DNA of 64,000 nt from Anolis carolinensis. Its lineage: Eukaryota. The stretch spans positions 21,191,190 through 21,255,189 of the forward strand of contig NC_085846.1 of the NCBI RefSeq assembly GCF_035594765.1, given 5' to 3'. This document shows positions 1 through 12,558 of the stretch, piece by piece; the stretch's first letter is position 1, and each line of letters opens with the position of its first letter. Below the pieces are notes generated by a model. The model had not been told where the DNA came from. It saw only the letters and a program-made list of their open reading frames with translations, and did no database searches. Both the position numbers and the translations under genes were made by a program.

Positions 1-581
1 ATGTTGCTACAGGAAAGCTTTAAAACCGGGGCAAGATCACAAAAGAAATGCTCAATTTCATAGGGGCCACAAAATGATAGCTGCATCTCTAAAGATACTA
101 TAATTGTGTTACTTAGTAAACCGCTCATCCAAGAACCAATAATAAGCCAGAAACAAAGTCTGCTATTCATCAAAGAAGTGTAGTGCAATGGTGTACATAT
201 GGCCAAATAACGATCATATGACATCACAGCCAGGAGATAACATTCTGTAGATGCTAAGACACCAAAGAAATAGTATTGCACAAGGCAGCCATTAACAGAA
301 ATAGATCTATCTCCAGTCCAAAGACTGAATAACAATCTGGGCAAGATAGTTGAGGTGTAGCAGATTTCCAAGCAGGACAGATTCCCTAGGAAGAAGTACA
401 TGGAAGTCTGGAGGCGAAAATCAACTACAACAAGCATAATTAGGAGAAAGTTCCCAGCCATGGTGATAATGTAGATTATAAGAAATGTCAGCAAGAGAAG
501 AGTTTGCAGTTCTGGGAGATCACCAAATCCAAGAAGAATAAAGCATCCAGTAGCTGTTTGATTTGTCTGGATTTGAATTTG
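1..581 (-). CDS. Olfactory receptor (class II), N-terminal half; runs off the window edge; no ATG in this exon before TM1
   Basis: Manual translation: QIQIQTNQTATGCFILLGFGDLPELQTLLLLTFLIIYIITMAGNFLLIMLVVVDFRLQTSMYFFLGNLSCLEICYTSTILPRLL...AVMSYDRYLAICTPLHY...EHFFCD. Splice acceptor tttttatttcctacag ends at 582; in-frame TAG just upstream. Confidence 0.88.
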
Positions 582-3500
582 CTGTAGGAAATAAAAATGT
601 ATGAAATAGTGTGTGTTCTATGGATATATGTGTGCATATACACATATACTATTGTTAGCATCTGATTCCACCTGGATTCAAAAACCATTATGCCAACGCT
701 CAACTCTTTCTTTCACTTCTCACCAACATCCCAGCTATTCATTTCAAATTGTCTCCTGCTGTCCCTCCTTTCCTCTCGGTCCTGGTAATCATAACATCTG
801 TTCCAGCTTCACTTGCATTTTATACTCTGTCTTCCCTCTCTCTGTGCTATTTGTCTTCTCTTCTCCTCCATCCATTTTCTTTCTAGTCCTTCCCCATTTT
901 TGTTCTCCCTAGCCACCACTGAACTTCTCGTCCTCACCAATACCTTGAATCTTCCATATTCTAGTTCCTCAAATCCAGCCCCAGTGATTAAGTTATTGTG
1001 CAAAGTGTTTTAGTATTATGCAAATCCTGTGAATGGTTCCTGAAAGAATAGACTGCATGGTGTTAATGTGCTGCTTAAAGGTGCTCTATGTAAAGTTTAT
1101 AAACAATAAAGAGAATAGGCATTCCACAAAGATGGAGATGCTTGAAGCATCCAAAATCATCCAACTGCACCAGTGCCGTATTACATTTGTTTTCTCCATC
1201 ATCACCATCATGATCACAACCATCATCTTAATTTGAATGCCACTTAGGGCCCTTCCAGACATCACTAAAACTTGTGCTGAAATGGATTAAAGTAAGCAGC
1301 TTCAGTGCATGTCCTAGTCCCCACCTCCTCCCACAACCCTGGGATTTCCCTCCCGGTGTCTATACTTGGTATTATACTCCTCAGAAAGGAATAGAGGTCC
1401 AAACCTACAGACCTATTGTCAATAGTCTCCATATAGTGAGACTATTGAAATTGGATTTTGATTAGTCAAAAAAAATGGGTAAGATTGGAGAAATCAATTA
1501 ATGGGTGGGAACATTGCTGGTGTATAAAGGAAACGTTAAATAATAAGAAAGTAATGAAAATAAAAGGTGAACCACTGATTTCAACAATGTGATGCTGGGA
1601 AAGTATATTTCTGATAAATAAAATAGAACTGTTCCCAATAGGAGTAATAGATAACAAAAGAGATCAAATATACAGGAACATTGTCCCCCACTGTTCTCAG
1701 GCTTTTGGGTCTCCTTAAAGCACATGTGAATGGCAAATAAATCATAACAAAAGCATTAACTTGTTAATCTTTTAATGCACATCTTTTTGCTTTCTGTTGT
1801 TCTTAAATGCAGTAAACAGTATTGTAAATTTGTAATATTGGTCCACTGTCTGTGTGTGTACTTACAGAGGATTTGTTATTTGCAAAACTAATTTTGGCCA
1901 TTTCTCAAGCTGAATACATTTTAAATGAGTTTGTATTCATATTTTCATAATAGAAAGGTTTTTGTTTCTCTCTTTGTTGTAAGTACCTTGGCAAGAATAA
2001 TAGACCCGTTCTCCTCTCATTAGTCTTGTCTAACTTGCTAAAGTTGTCTGAATGCATGACCATCACTTGGATCCATCAATTAATAATTATACATCATATG
2101 AACAAATACTTTCAGATTGCCATAGCAGCTCATCTATTGGAATGTTCCTGCAGGAACATGTATCTGTGTGTCCATAGAAAGGAAGGCTATCAGACAAACA
2201 CAATGACTAGAAATCTTTTCTGACATGCTAATTCCGTACATGCCAGGATATTTCTACTAGAGAAAGTGCCATTCAAGGAAGATCTTATTACTAAATCCAA
2301 AACTCCTGGAAGACTAGAGTTTGGGAATCACTATTCTAGTTAAGGGGTTCAAAAGTGTGTTTTGCGCTGTTATTTGAACCATTTTGTAGAGATGGTCAAA
2401 TTCCATAATAAAGCCAATGTGTGCTAGCAGTTAGTAGTTTGAACTCCTTAGGAGTCCACATTATCTGCTTTGAACTGCCATATAATCCAGTTCAAAGCAG
2501 ATAATCTGGATTTTATATGGCAATGTAGAAGGGGCCTCAATCCTGAAATACTGCTACTTCCAAAACAAAGTGTATTCTAACAGTAAATTATATTTTTTAC
2601 CTTTCCCAGGATGTAATACATCATCCCAACAGATATAGAGAATTTGGATTCTTACAAAGACCCACATTCTCATTCTTCAAATGTGTAAAGATGAAAATCT
2701 ATTACATGAAATAACTTTACCTTTAAGTTATTTTCACATGGAGGATGAATATCAGGTGCACTTCTTTCATTCCCCATTTCTGGATTTGGGAATCACCACA
2801 AACTTGTCTTCAGGTGTTCTTTGTGTGTTGTCTCATTTCCCAAGCAGTTCTCTGTGGAGTGTGCCAAGATCTGGGAAGCTTAGCTAATGAGTATTCAATC
2901 ATCACTCTTACCTGGACATCTCTTTATCTTGTTCTTAGTTTAATAACTATTGAAAGCATTCAGTCAGTAGGATGAAGGAAGTAATGTGTGGACAGTGTAC
3001 CATGTTAAAGGGGTAATGAGGGAGGGAGCGGAGAGAGGAGGGGAAAGAAGTCAAGGGAGAAAATAAATCAAGACAGTTATCTCTGGAGAAAATTATGTCT
3101 GCAGCAGATGTGATAATTTTATGTGTTAATTAGTTCAAAGTGCTAATCACCAACTTGAGCTATTAAAATATATCTATAACAAAATTTGAAAATTTTTCTG
3201 TTCCTGGTTTGAAAGTGTTATTCCCTCTTTAATTGTGTTTTGAAAGTCATTATTATATTCTCGAAACTTCATATTTGTGGCTGCTGCAAACTAACATGAA
3301 TCGGTTAAGACTCTATGAGATATTAATTGAAAAAATATAGCAAAATGTGCGCTAGGATGTCCCGCAAAAGCAGTTTTTGCAGTTCAATAAGCTATTCCAT
3401 GTTTTTATGATAGAACCAATTGAAAAGGACATTATGTTTTACATAATGTAATATATGTGGGGCTTTCTATAATGCCAATGATATTAAATGAAAGGGTATT

Positions 3501-3774
3501 AGTACTTGAGATTATTTTTTTATATCTCTCCAGGAGACACAACTTTGGGGAGAAGATATTCTAAAGTCACTCCCTTGAATCTAAGAGAGCATTGTTTGGA
3601 AGGAAGGAGTCATACTTGAGAGATGCTCTGTATCTTGTTATCCCTGCTTTTACAAAGTAGGACATGTTTTCATCTTTGATAAATGAACTCTTTTTTAGAT
3701 ATGGGCTGTATTCAAACAGGCAACCAGAACCAAAGTTCTATCTGAAGTCCATTGTGATTTGGACTTTACGATCT

Positions 3775-4060
3775 CATCAGATGGGCTGATTTGCCCATTA
3801 TATGCCACTTCTTCTCCCCTTTCACCACAGAGCTCATTACACGATGCACAGGGACTTCTGACCATATTCCATGGTGAAGGAGGATGGGAAGCTTCCAGTG
3901 TTGCCTTTGGAACAATGGGGGGAAGTTGGGCGGTGATGCTTCCCCTCGTGCAGGTAAGTTGGGCAATGCGGGGCGTGGAGTGACTGGTTCTCCATGCCCT
4001 CTGTCGGAACCCCATGGATTTGCCACAATGCATGGCGAATCCTCATTCTAATGTGATAAG
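3775..4060. mobile_element. Non-autonomous DNA transposon (MITE-like), related to 42393-42691
   Basis: Shares ctcatcagatgggct, aacaatggggggaa, gatgcttc and terminal ctaatgtgata blocks with the 42.4-kb copy; imperfect inverted termini. Confidence 0.45.
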
Positions 4061-5384
4061 GCTCTAGGCTCACAAATATCAGCTGCTTTCCTCATACGTT
4101 CCACATGATTCATACTCTGGTTTAAGAGGGATAGACATTTGAATGTTCAATAGATGGATCACTTCCTGAAAGTCGGTTTCTTTTTTATGGGCATTCCTGT
4201 TTTGGCCACCATCTCAAATGTTTTGCTGTCATTCTGGCACTATCCATTCATGGTTATTTAAATTTAGTTAAAATAGTCATTTGTCTTCATACTTGCTCTC
4301 CTGGATCAGGTCCTAGCACATACTCAACCATTTAATACATTGTTCTTGCTCACCATAAGAAGATTCTATTTGTTGTTACCTAGTTGCCAAAAACATCTAC
4401 TTCATCTTCTGTTGGTCTGTCTGGTGTCTACTTCTCATTCTCTATCACCATCAACAACAGATTCTGCTGGGTTCTGCCCTCTGCTACACAAGTAGCTCCT
4501 AGAATTCTTCATGCCTTCTGCTCTACCACAGATGTACAACTGTGTGGAAATCAATTTTCATCTCCTCAGGATCCCACAATAGGCTGCACCAGTGCACTGT
4601 GGCATACCTGATATTTAGATGAAATGGAGATAAAATGTAAGATAAACTAAATTTTCCATTTCTTTGTTTGTTTGAAAAATATACTTCTTTAAAATTTTAA
4701 CATATACCATTACTAGCCTTTACAGATTTGAAATGACTTTGTTGCTATAGGACATTGAATGGATAACACATAATTTTTTTGCATTCATTTATGATGTTTG
4801 GTATAGATGTAGACTAAACCCCAACCAAAACAGACAAGAACCATCATAACATAAACATAAAAGAATAATTCTTTTCGAAAAGGGGGGGGGGCAATGATGC
4901 AATACTGCAGGTTCCTTTTACAGATTTTCAGTGAGCACCTTGACACCTGTGAAAATAGTTGCCTCTCTTTTTCTCTTCCTTGTTTTTTTTTCCCTCCTGG
5001 GAAAAATCCTTTTTGAGATCTCTCAATAAACTAATTAGAAGTTAAGTATTTATTCTCTGCAATTTAGTGAGGAAGGTAACATTAGTGACACTTTACACAG
5101 CAGCATCATTGTACATTTTTATTATATGAAACATACATATATATGCACCAGAATGCACACAAAAATCTGTACATTGTTTTTTTAACACAAGTAATGCTAA
5201 AATTACAATGATTTGAGAAATAGTTGCAAGGACATTGTCTTACATATCCAAATACATTGTTGCTGCTATTGTGTGTCTTCATGTAGTTTCTTTCCAATTG
5301 CCTCTCCAATCCTTACCATCTAAAAGCCTTCACAAAGTAATTTGTAATGCAGAATGGCCTTTGCTGGTCTCTCCACTTGGTACT

Positions 5385-6335
5385 GTACTATAATTTTGGT
5401 TTTGACCTATAAAGCCATTTACAGCTTAGGTCTAACTTATTTAAAAGAGTGTGTCCCCCTCTATAAACCTATTAGAAATTTACAGTTACCTAGGAAGGGC
5501 CTTCTCTCTATCCCACCACCCACTCAAGCATATTTGGTGGGAACAAAGAAGAGAGTATTTTTGGTGGCATCTCCCAGGCTTTGAAACTCCCTCCCAAGAG
5601 AGACCATGATGGCCCCATCCCTGTTTGCCTTTTGCAGGCAGGTCAAGACATATCTCTGCTGTCTTGCACTTGTGAAAAGATGGGGGGCATGCTGCCGGGG
5701 AATTTGTGGTTTTGGAAGGATAGTGAGCTTTAAATGTAATTTTTATTGTACATGCAGTCCCTAAGTTATAAACAAGATAGTTTCTGTAAATTTCTTCTTA
5801 GGTTGAATTTGTTTGTAAGTCAGAACAGTTACATTTTTAAGTGTAATTCCAGATATAGATATATAGGACATGTTAGATAGCCTAGGGAAAGGTTAACACC
5901 CCTGTGGTGTTTGTTATTCTGTCTGTTCCCCTGTACAGAGGATTTCATCTCACTTTCTGTCCCTGTGATAATTGGATTTTGAAAAATATGGCTTGTTGTG
6001 GAAACAAAGGCTGGGGGTAAAGCTTCAGTGGAGACACCTTTTCCCCATAATAATTCTTTCAGGGGTGAATTTCCCTTTGTAGAGGTAGATTTATCTCACT
6101 TCCTGTTGTCTCATCCCCATTCTTAACTATGAGTCATTTGTAAGTCTGATGTTTTTAACTTGGGAACTGCCTGTATTTGCTGTATTTTAACTTTATAGCT
6201 ACCCACAAATATTTGTTCTTTTAATTTTGTATTTGTATTTCTACTATTTTAAATGTTATTAGATTGTGTTATGTGATGGTTAGCCATCTTAAGTCCCTAG
6301 GGGGAGAAAGGTGGGGTACAAATAAAGTTTATCAT
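5385..6335 (+). mobile_element. L2 LINE 3' fragment, interrupted by a Tc1/mariner-type MITE
   Basis: Degenerate LVLTYKAIYSLG...LVASPRL*NSLP, homologous to the L2 ORF at 40011-40502; AT-rich tail resumes after 6175. Confidence 0.75.
5751..6173. mobile_element. Tc1/mariner (Tigger-like) MITE
   Basis: Imperfect TIRs catgcagtccctaagtt / aacttgggaactgcctg with TA at 5749-5750 and 6174-6175. Confidence 0.7.
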
Positions 6336-6514
6336 TGTCTTGTGTTTGTCTTGGAGTCTTGCTGCCTCCATATCTCTTTTTTTTTCAAATTTTCCTCACC
6401 CCACCTTACTGCCTCTGACACAATATGAACTTTTGTGTAATTTCAGGGATGGGTGGATTTTTCTCTTTTTTCCATGCATTTCCCCCTATCCTCCAGTATC
6501 AGTGGGATAGTTGG

Positions 6515-6550
6515 CTACTTAGGACATCACTAATGTGATGTCCTAAGTAG
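6515..6550. repeat. Perfect 16-bp inverted repeat with 4-nt loop
   Basis: ctacttaggacatcac-taat-gtgatgtcctaagtag. Confidence 0.9.
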
Positions 6551-6923
6551 GCAGTCTGAGCAAAAAGTACTCAAGAGGTGGTTTTGTCGGTTTCTTCCTC
6601 TGAAATATAGTCTACAGCACCAGATATTCATTGGCAATCTCCCACTGAAGTATCCACCAGAGGTAACTCTGCTTGGCTTCCAAGATCAGAAATCCAAGAT
6701 CAGACAACCTTTGCAATCATTCTTCAGTAATTACAGTTGGAGTCAATTTCAGTTTCATCCCTTTTTTGCATGCTTTTATGCAATTATCCTTCTTTCTGCA
6801 ATCATTCCATACAGAAAACAGGAAAAGTCCCTCAAGCAATCCTTGTCCTTCCCTGGAGCATTAGAAATGATCCTGACAAATCCTTTCTCCACACATCAAC
6901 ACATCAATGATGACATCACGAAG

Positions 6924-7862
6924 CTATGAAACTCTATTGCTGTATTTCCTGACACACCTGAAAAAAGCATTCTTCACTGCTCTGTTTCTCAAACTGTATA
7001 TGAGAGGATTGAGGATAGGAGTCAGGACAGTGTAGAAAAGAGAGAATATCTTGCGAAGTTCCTTCAGTGTTTCTGTTTCAGGGACTATATAAATAAGAAA
7101 AATTGATCCGTAGTAGAGTGTCACAACAATAAGATGGGATGAACAAATAGAAAACATCTTCTGTTGAGAAGATTTAGATTCAAATCTCAAAATGGCACAA
7201 AGAATGCAGATATAGGATGACAAAGTTAGAAGAAAAGGTGGTCCTGTTCCCATGAGGCCCAGAATTAAAGTTACAAGTTTTACTAAGTAGTTATTGCTGC
7301 AGGATAAGTTTACTACTGGGTATATATCACAAAAGAAATGGTCAATTTCTTTGGGCCCACAGAATGCAAGTTTTACCATACACGAAGTAATGATAGTGTT
7401 GGTCAAGAAGCCACTCATCCAAGATGTGAATGCCAACTGAAGGCAGTGTCTACCATTCATGAGAGATGTGTAATGCAGTGGTTTGCATATGGCCAGGTAG
7501 CGATCATAAGACATTACTGCTAAAAGGTAGCATTCGGTAGCTGCAAAGAAGCCAAAGAAATAGTACTGTGTAATACATCCTTCAATGGATATGGATCTGT
7601 CTCCAGTCAAGAAACTAGCCAACATTTTAGGTAAAATGGTTGAAATGTAGCAGGTCTCCAAACAGGACAGGTTCACAAGGAAAAAATACATGGGGGTATG
7701 AAGATGTCGGTCAACCATTACCAGGAAAACAATGAAGAGGTTTCCACCTATGGACAAAGTGTAGATGACTAGAAATAATATGAAAAAGGAAACCCGTACT
7801 TCAAAGAGATTGCCAAATCCCAGGAGGATGAATGTTGTAATGGCTGACTGATTTCTATCCAT
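6924..7862 (-). CDS. Olfactory receptor (class II), 312 aa, intact
   Basis: NQS sequon, LHTPMYFFLVNLS, MSYDRYLAICKPLHY, HFFCD, CSSHL, PILNPLIYSLRN. Confidence 0.96.
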   Translation of the reverse strand: MDRNQSAITTFILLGFGNLFEVRVSFFILFLVIYTLSIGGNLFIVFLVMVDRHLHTPMYFFLVNLSCLETCYISTILPKMLASFLTGDRSISIEGCITQYYFFGFFAATECYLLAVMSYDRYLAICKPLHYTSLMNGRHCLQLAFTSWMSGFLTNTIITSCMVKLAFCGPKEIDHFFCDIYPVVNLSCSNNYLVKLVTLILGLMGTGPPFLLTLSSYICILCAILRFESKSSQQKMFSICSSHLIVVTLYYGSIFLIYIVPETETLKELRKIFSLFYTVLTPILNPLIYSLRNRAVKNAFFRCVRKYSNRVS

Positions 7863-10800
7863 TTCTGTTGATGAATCTTGAGGTCTTTCTGAAATATAAT
7901 TAGAAGAAGATGAGTGAGCTGGGGTTTCCTCTGTCCACTCCTATGGATAGTTAAGTGTAATGCTGATTAGCAATCTGTGATGTATACTATAGTTTCCCAT
8001 GTAGCAATACCTTAGAATAAAGATGTGAAATCGTGATTTTGATTATTCTAGCACACTACTATTTTAAATCCAAAGATTTCTATTTATCAAGGCTAGGGAA
8101 TTGTGCAGCCATCCCAAGTGTTGCTGGACCAGCATTGCCAATGTTGGTAAGACTTTCCATTTGTACATGAAGGGCCACACACCTCTTAGTTCTACTTTAC
8201 AGGGAAAAATACTAAAGCATGAGACAAGCATATTCAACCACTTTAAAGAATAAAATGTGTTCCAATGCATGTTAGTATATTAAAAAGTGCAACCTGAGGG
8301 TTCAGTTCAATAGCCCAGGGCAGACTATTAGACAGAATTTTCAGAAAAGCTGATTTTAAAGCCTATACCTATATAATCGTTCCTTTTTTCAGCTCCATGT
8401 TTCATTAACTTTTCCCCTCCGTCTTGAGTCTTTTCTGCCTATTTTTGGTCATCCTAAAGAACAAGCTGTTTTGTGCAGACGTGTGAAATCTGTTTTCAAA
8501 AATGGCTAATTTTGAATTTAAAAATCCAGCAGAATTTCTCCTGACTAATCTTACATTTTCCCCACAAATATACAGAAAGTGATGGAGGAATGAAAAAATG
8601 GGAGCCTTTCCTCTGTGAGCTTGAAAATCCATATTTGTGAGGGAAACATCTTTCGGGGGGGGGGGGGGACACAAATGTCAGAAACAGGAAATACATCAGC
8701 CCTTTTCTAATCAAAATCCCTACCATGCCATATATCACTAAACATTCACTTGAAGAGTATTTTCTGATGTATGTTTCTCAAGCAATATAACACATGTTTG
8801 AGCAAGCAGATTCCAATTTGCCTGAAGGGATAGATATGTGAGTGGATTTATATCTTGTTTAGATCTCTTGTTGCCTTTTCCTAACTATCTTTTCTCAACC
8901 CCTCTAACACTTGAGACTCCATAGCTTAAGAAGAGTTGCATATCCCCTTAAAGTGTTGTATTTATCTAAAGTTCCACTAAACTAACAAAATTCAATGAAT
9001 GTTATATGCATCCTAGAAACATTGGCTTGCATATGCAGAAAAATGTGATGCTGGAATCATGATATAATATGGTTTTGGGGCAATCACATTTTTACTTACA
9101 CAAAGAAATCTTCTATAAAAGTAAAATCCATACATCTGAGAGTATGATTCTAACTGAGAGTGGTTCTACACTGACCACTTATCACCAGGGTAATCCAGAA
9201 TGGTAAATGTTGAATCGGCTCTGGGATAGTTTTGATTCATGATGGTCCAGTGGTATTGATCCCAGTTTGATATTGCTGGACGTCCACCCTTATTGTCCCC
9301 CTTCATTCTCATCATTGAGCTGGCTACCAGCAGGTGTGACATGCCTACCGTTGGTCATGCATCAACTTTAGTGACGTTGGGTGAAGTATCAGAAGGAAGA
9401 GAAGGGACTGTTTTTCCTTTCCTCACTCCCCCACGGATGCCTCGTCATTTTGGCTGTGTCACTCCAGGCAACTAGTGATGGTCATCCCATGTTCCTGGGG
9501 TTCCTGAACCCAAAAAACATAGGATGGACACTGTTGTGAATGGTTCCATCTTGGAATTGGCCCAAATGTGTATATGGCCCAATGTTGTCGTTTTCTCCAA
9601 ATTTTCAGGGAAAATCATTGAGAAATTACCATTTTGATTTAGCTTTGTGCCTCTGGTCATTGAAAATTCTCCCATGAAAACCAGTATGTGGTACCCAATA
9701 GTCTAAAACATCTAAAACTGATTGACATGTGAGAGACATCATTTTAATTTTTGTATGCATGCTTGCCAGATCTATTATTCCATAAAACTTTGACAGGCCT
9801 ATATAAAGATGAAGGCAGAGTTTATAAATGTCATTGATCTGCTAACTCCTAACAGAAATGAGAGCCTCCAAATTTACAAAGAGTGTCATGTGCCATTTCC
9901 AAACAGCCAGTTCTAAATCCTAGCTGTACAATTGTAGAGTGAATGTGCATGTGAATGGATCATGTAAAACACTCATATATGAACAGAAATAGTCTATTAA
10001 AAATGCAGCATACATATAAAATATCCCCCTCCGAAATGCAAACAGGCAAATACACACTTCTGAATAGGACGAAATGTCTTGTAATGAAACATCCTTTCCA
10101 AAATACAATAAAATGCCTACTAACCCAACATGAAATATAAGAACAATATGATAAAGTGGCAGAATACACATGTAAAGATTTACCTCCAATGGAAATGTTG
10201 GTATGTCATTTGTAGAATGCAAGAGTCCTTTTCTTTCATGTCTTCATTGTGCTCCAGGTCTTTGTTTTAAAAGGAAATTCTAGAGTCTTGCTTTGGCTTT
10301 TTCCATTCATTAGTAAAATGTCACCATGTACAAATATTAAAAACATTGAAGCATCAAATAAAAATTATTCTAATGGATGCTTATTTGCAGTGACCAAAAG
10401 AACAGCATTCATTTTCCTTAGTTTTATGTTCTCAAATTCGTATATCATAAAGTTCATAAAATAATTGTTTAACAATAAGCTATGACCACTTGGACACATT
10501 TTAGCAGGCCTTGCACTTTCTACTATCCTTCCATGCTTTGTCTATTACATCCATGTATATAATTTTCAATATTTCCAAGCCACGTACCTCTCTGTACATG
10601 AGGAAATGTGACTCATGCTGGCAAAACTCATCTTGTTATAGTTTACAGCCAGAGTCAAATGTGTTTCCCAGAAATGTATTAACAAGGGAATCTTTTCACA
10701 ATTACTCTCTGTCTTCTAAAAAAAATACCTGTACACTTCAAGGTAAACATTAAAGGAAGATGCCAAGAAAGTTGGGAGTACTGCCAAGTATCTTAAAGTA

Positions 10801-11836
10801 TTCTGAGCATAACAAAATTCATATTGTCAATAATATTACAAAGATCTAGGAGGAAAACATTCACAATCAAAGAAAGTAACATACTTCTGATTGATCTCAC
10901 TACGCTTGTTGAAAGCCATCTGTTAATTGACACTAATATTAAAATAATCACACATGAACTAGGAATGCCGTTTGCATTTGGGACAATTTATTTTCTGACC
11001 ATTTTTGTTTTATAAAAGATGAAGACAAGGAGATAGTGGAACAAGAGAAAAAGATATGTTTGATAGGATCATGGCCAATGTGTCCTCTAAATTTGCAGTG
11101 ATGAACCCATGACACTTCAGTTGTTGGGTTAGAATTCCCTCGGTCCCATTTGGCATAGTGGTTTTGACTAGAATGATGGAAATTCTATTCCAACAACTTC
11201 TGGAGGGCTGTGGATTCTCCACCCTTCGTTGTTGTTCTCAGCTAACCTCAAATTGCCTCCAACTTGTGGTAAGTAGCTGTCTTGCTCAGAATCAAATACA
11301 CTACAAATCTCTGAGTTCCAAAAGCAGTCACTGGTCATTTTGTCCCACAAGATTTCCTTTCAAAGAGTAAGGGTAATACAACAATGTCTCATCACCTGTT
11401 GCAGGCTGATATGCTTCAGTGTTGCCTATCACCATAACTCCCTTGATATGGCATGTTCTGGCCACCAACTTAACAAGTAGATGGCCAGATTCTACTGGGA
11501 GTTTCTGGGAGAGATGATTATGGAGATCCCCCGTGACAATGTATCACCTAAGATAGCTTGCTTTGAGGTCATGACATTTTGAACTTGCATGCCATCTGAC
11601 TCAATGGAGAAAGTTAAAAATAGAAATTAATGGTGAAGAAGTTAAAAGGAGAAATGACCAGTTCCTATACGGAATAGTCTGCTGCCCACATGGGTGGTCA
11701 TCTCTATCCCATTTTCCCTGCACAAACCCTTTGAAATTAATGAACTTATCCATAACAAATGTAAGTCCCATTGATTTCAGAGCTCTTCTCTGGATGTGAC
11801 TATATCTTGAGCCAGACAAAGATATTTAGAATTAGC

Positions 11837-11846
11837 TCTTACCTGC
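11837..11846 (-). other. Candidate splice donor of a 5'UTR exon for the OR at 6924-7862
   Basis: gcag|gtaaga on the minus strand; acceptor tatttcag near 7889 upstream of the ATG. Confidence 0.35.
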
Positions 11847-12092
11847 AGATATGGCTGTTGCCTTTAGTGATATTCCAGAAACCTCTGACCTATCATTTAT
11901 AAGTGGATTCCAACAGACTTAGAAGAAATCATGTAGTTTATAAAAGATTGGTTCCTGAAACAATTTTTCACCCAAACTTTAAAGAAGTGTATCAAGGGAA
12001 TTAATGCCAATGTAGACCTATTATTTCAAGAAATGCACTAACCCACCTAGAAGAGATGAGAGAAGTTGAACCAATGACACAATCATAATGGC

Positions 12093-12094
12093 CG

Positions 12095-12129
<35 letters not shown>
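12093..12129 (+). repeat. (GTT)n microsatellite
   Basis: About 12 gtt units. Confidence 0.95.
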
Positions 12130-12558
12130 ATGCTTTGGGTAAACAGGCCCAATCCATCATTTATCTTAGAAAATGATTTCACATCTGTAAACGTCTCCTA
12201 ACAAGGGAATATTTCCACATGTGTAGGTTTAATTGTTTTGCAACCAGATCTACTCCAACTTAGATGACAAACACTGAAATAATTCTTAAAATAGGCGTTA
12301 TTAGTGAAAAGCAGCACTGATTTTAATGGAACTTCTTTAAGAGCATGTCTGTGGCAGTTGGCTGGAGTCTACAACAGCAGGCAGCATCCCATTTAGTAAT
12401 TAGTAAGTAGTAATCTCTGGTATTTTTAGTCACAATCAACTATGTCTCTTATTTCTTATGACAGTTTCTAGCTGGTAGATGTAATTTTTTCCTCTATTAA
12501 AAGGACAAAGGCCCCATCTACACTGTAATATATTCAGCTTGAAAACGTATTATATTGT

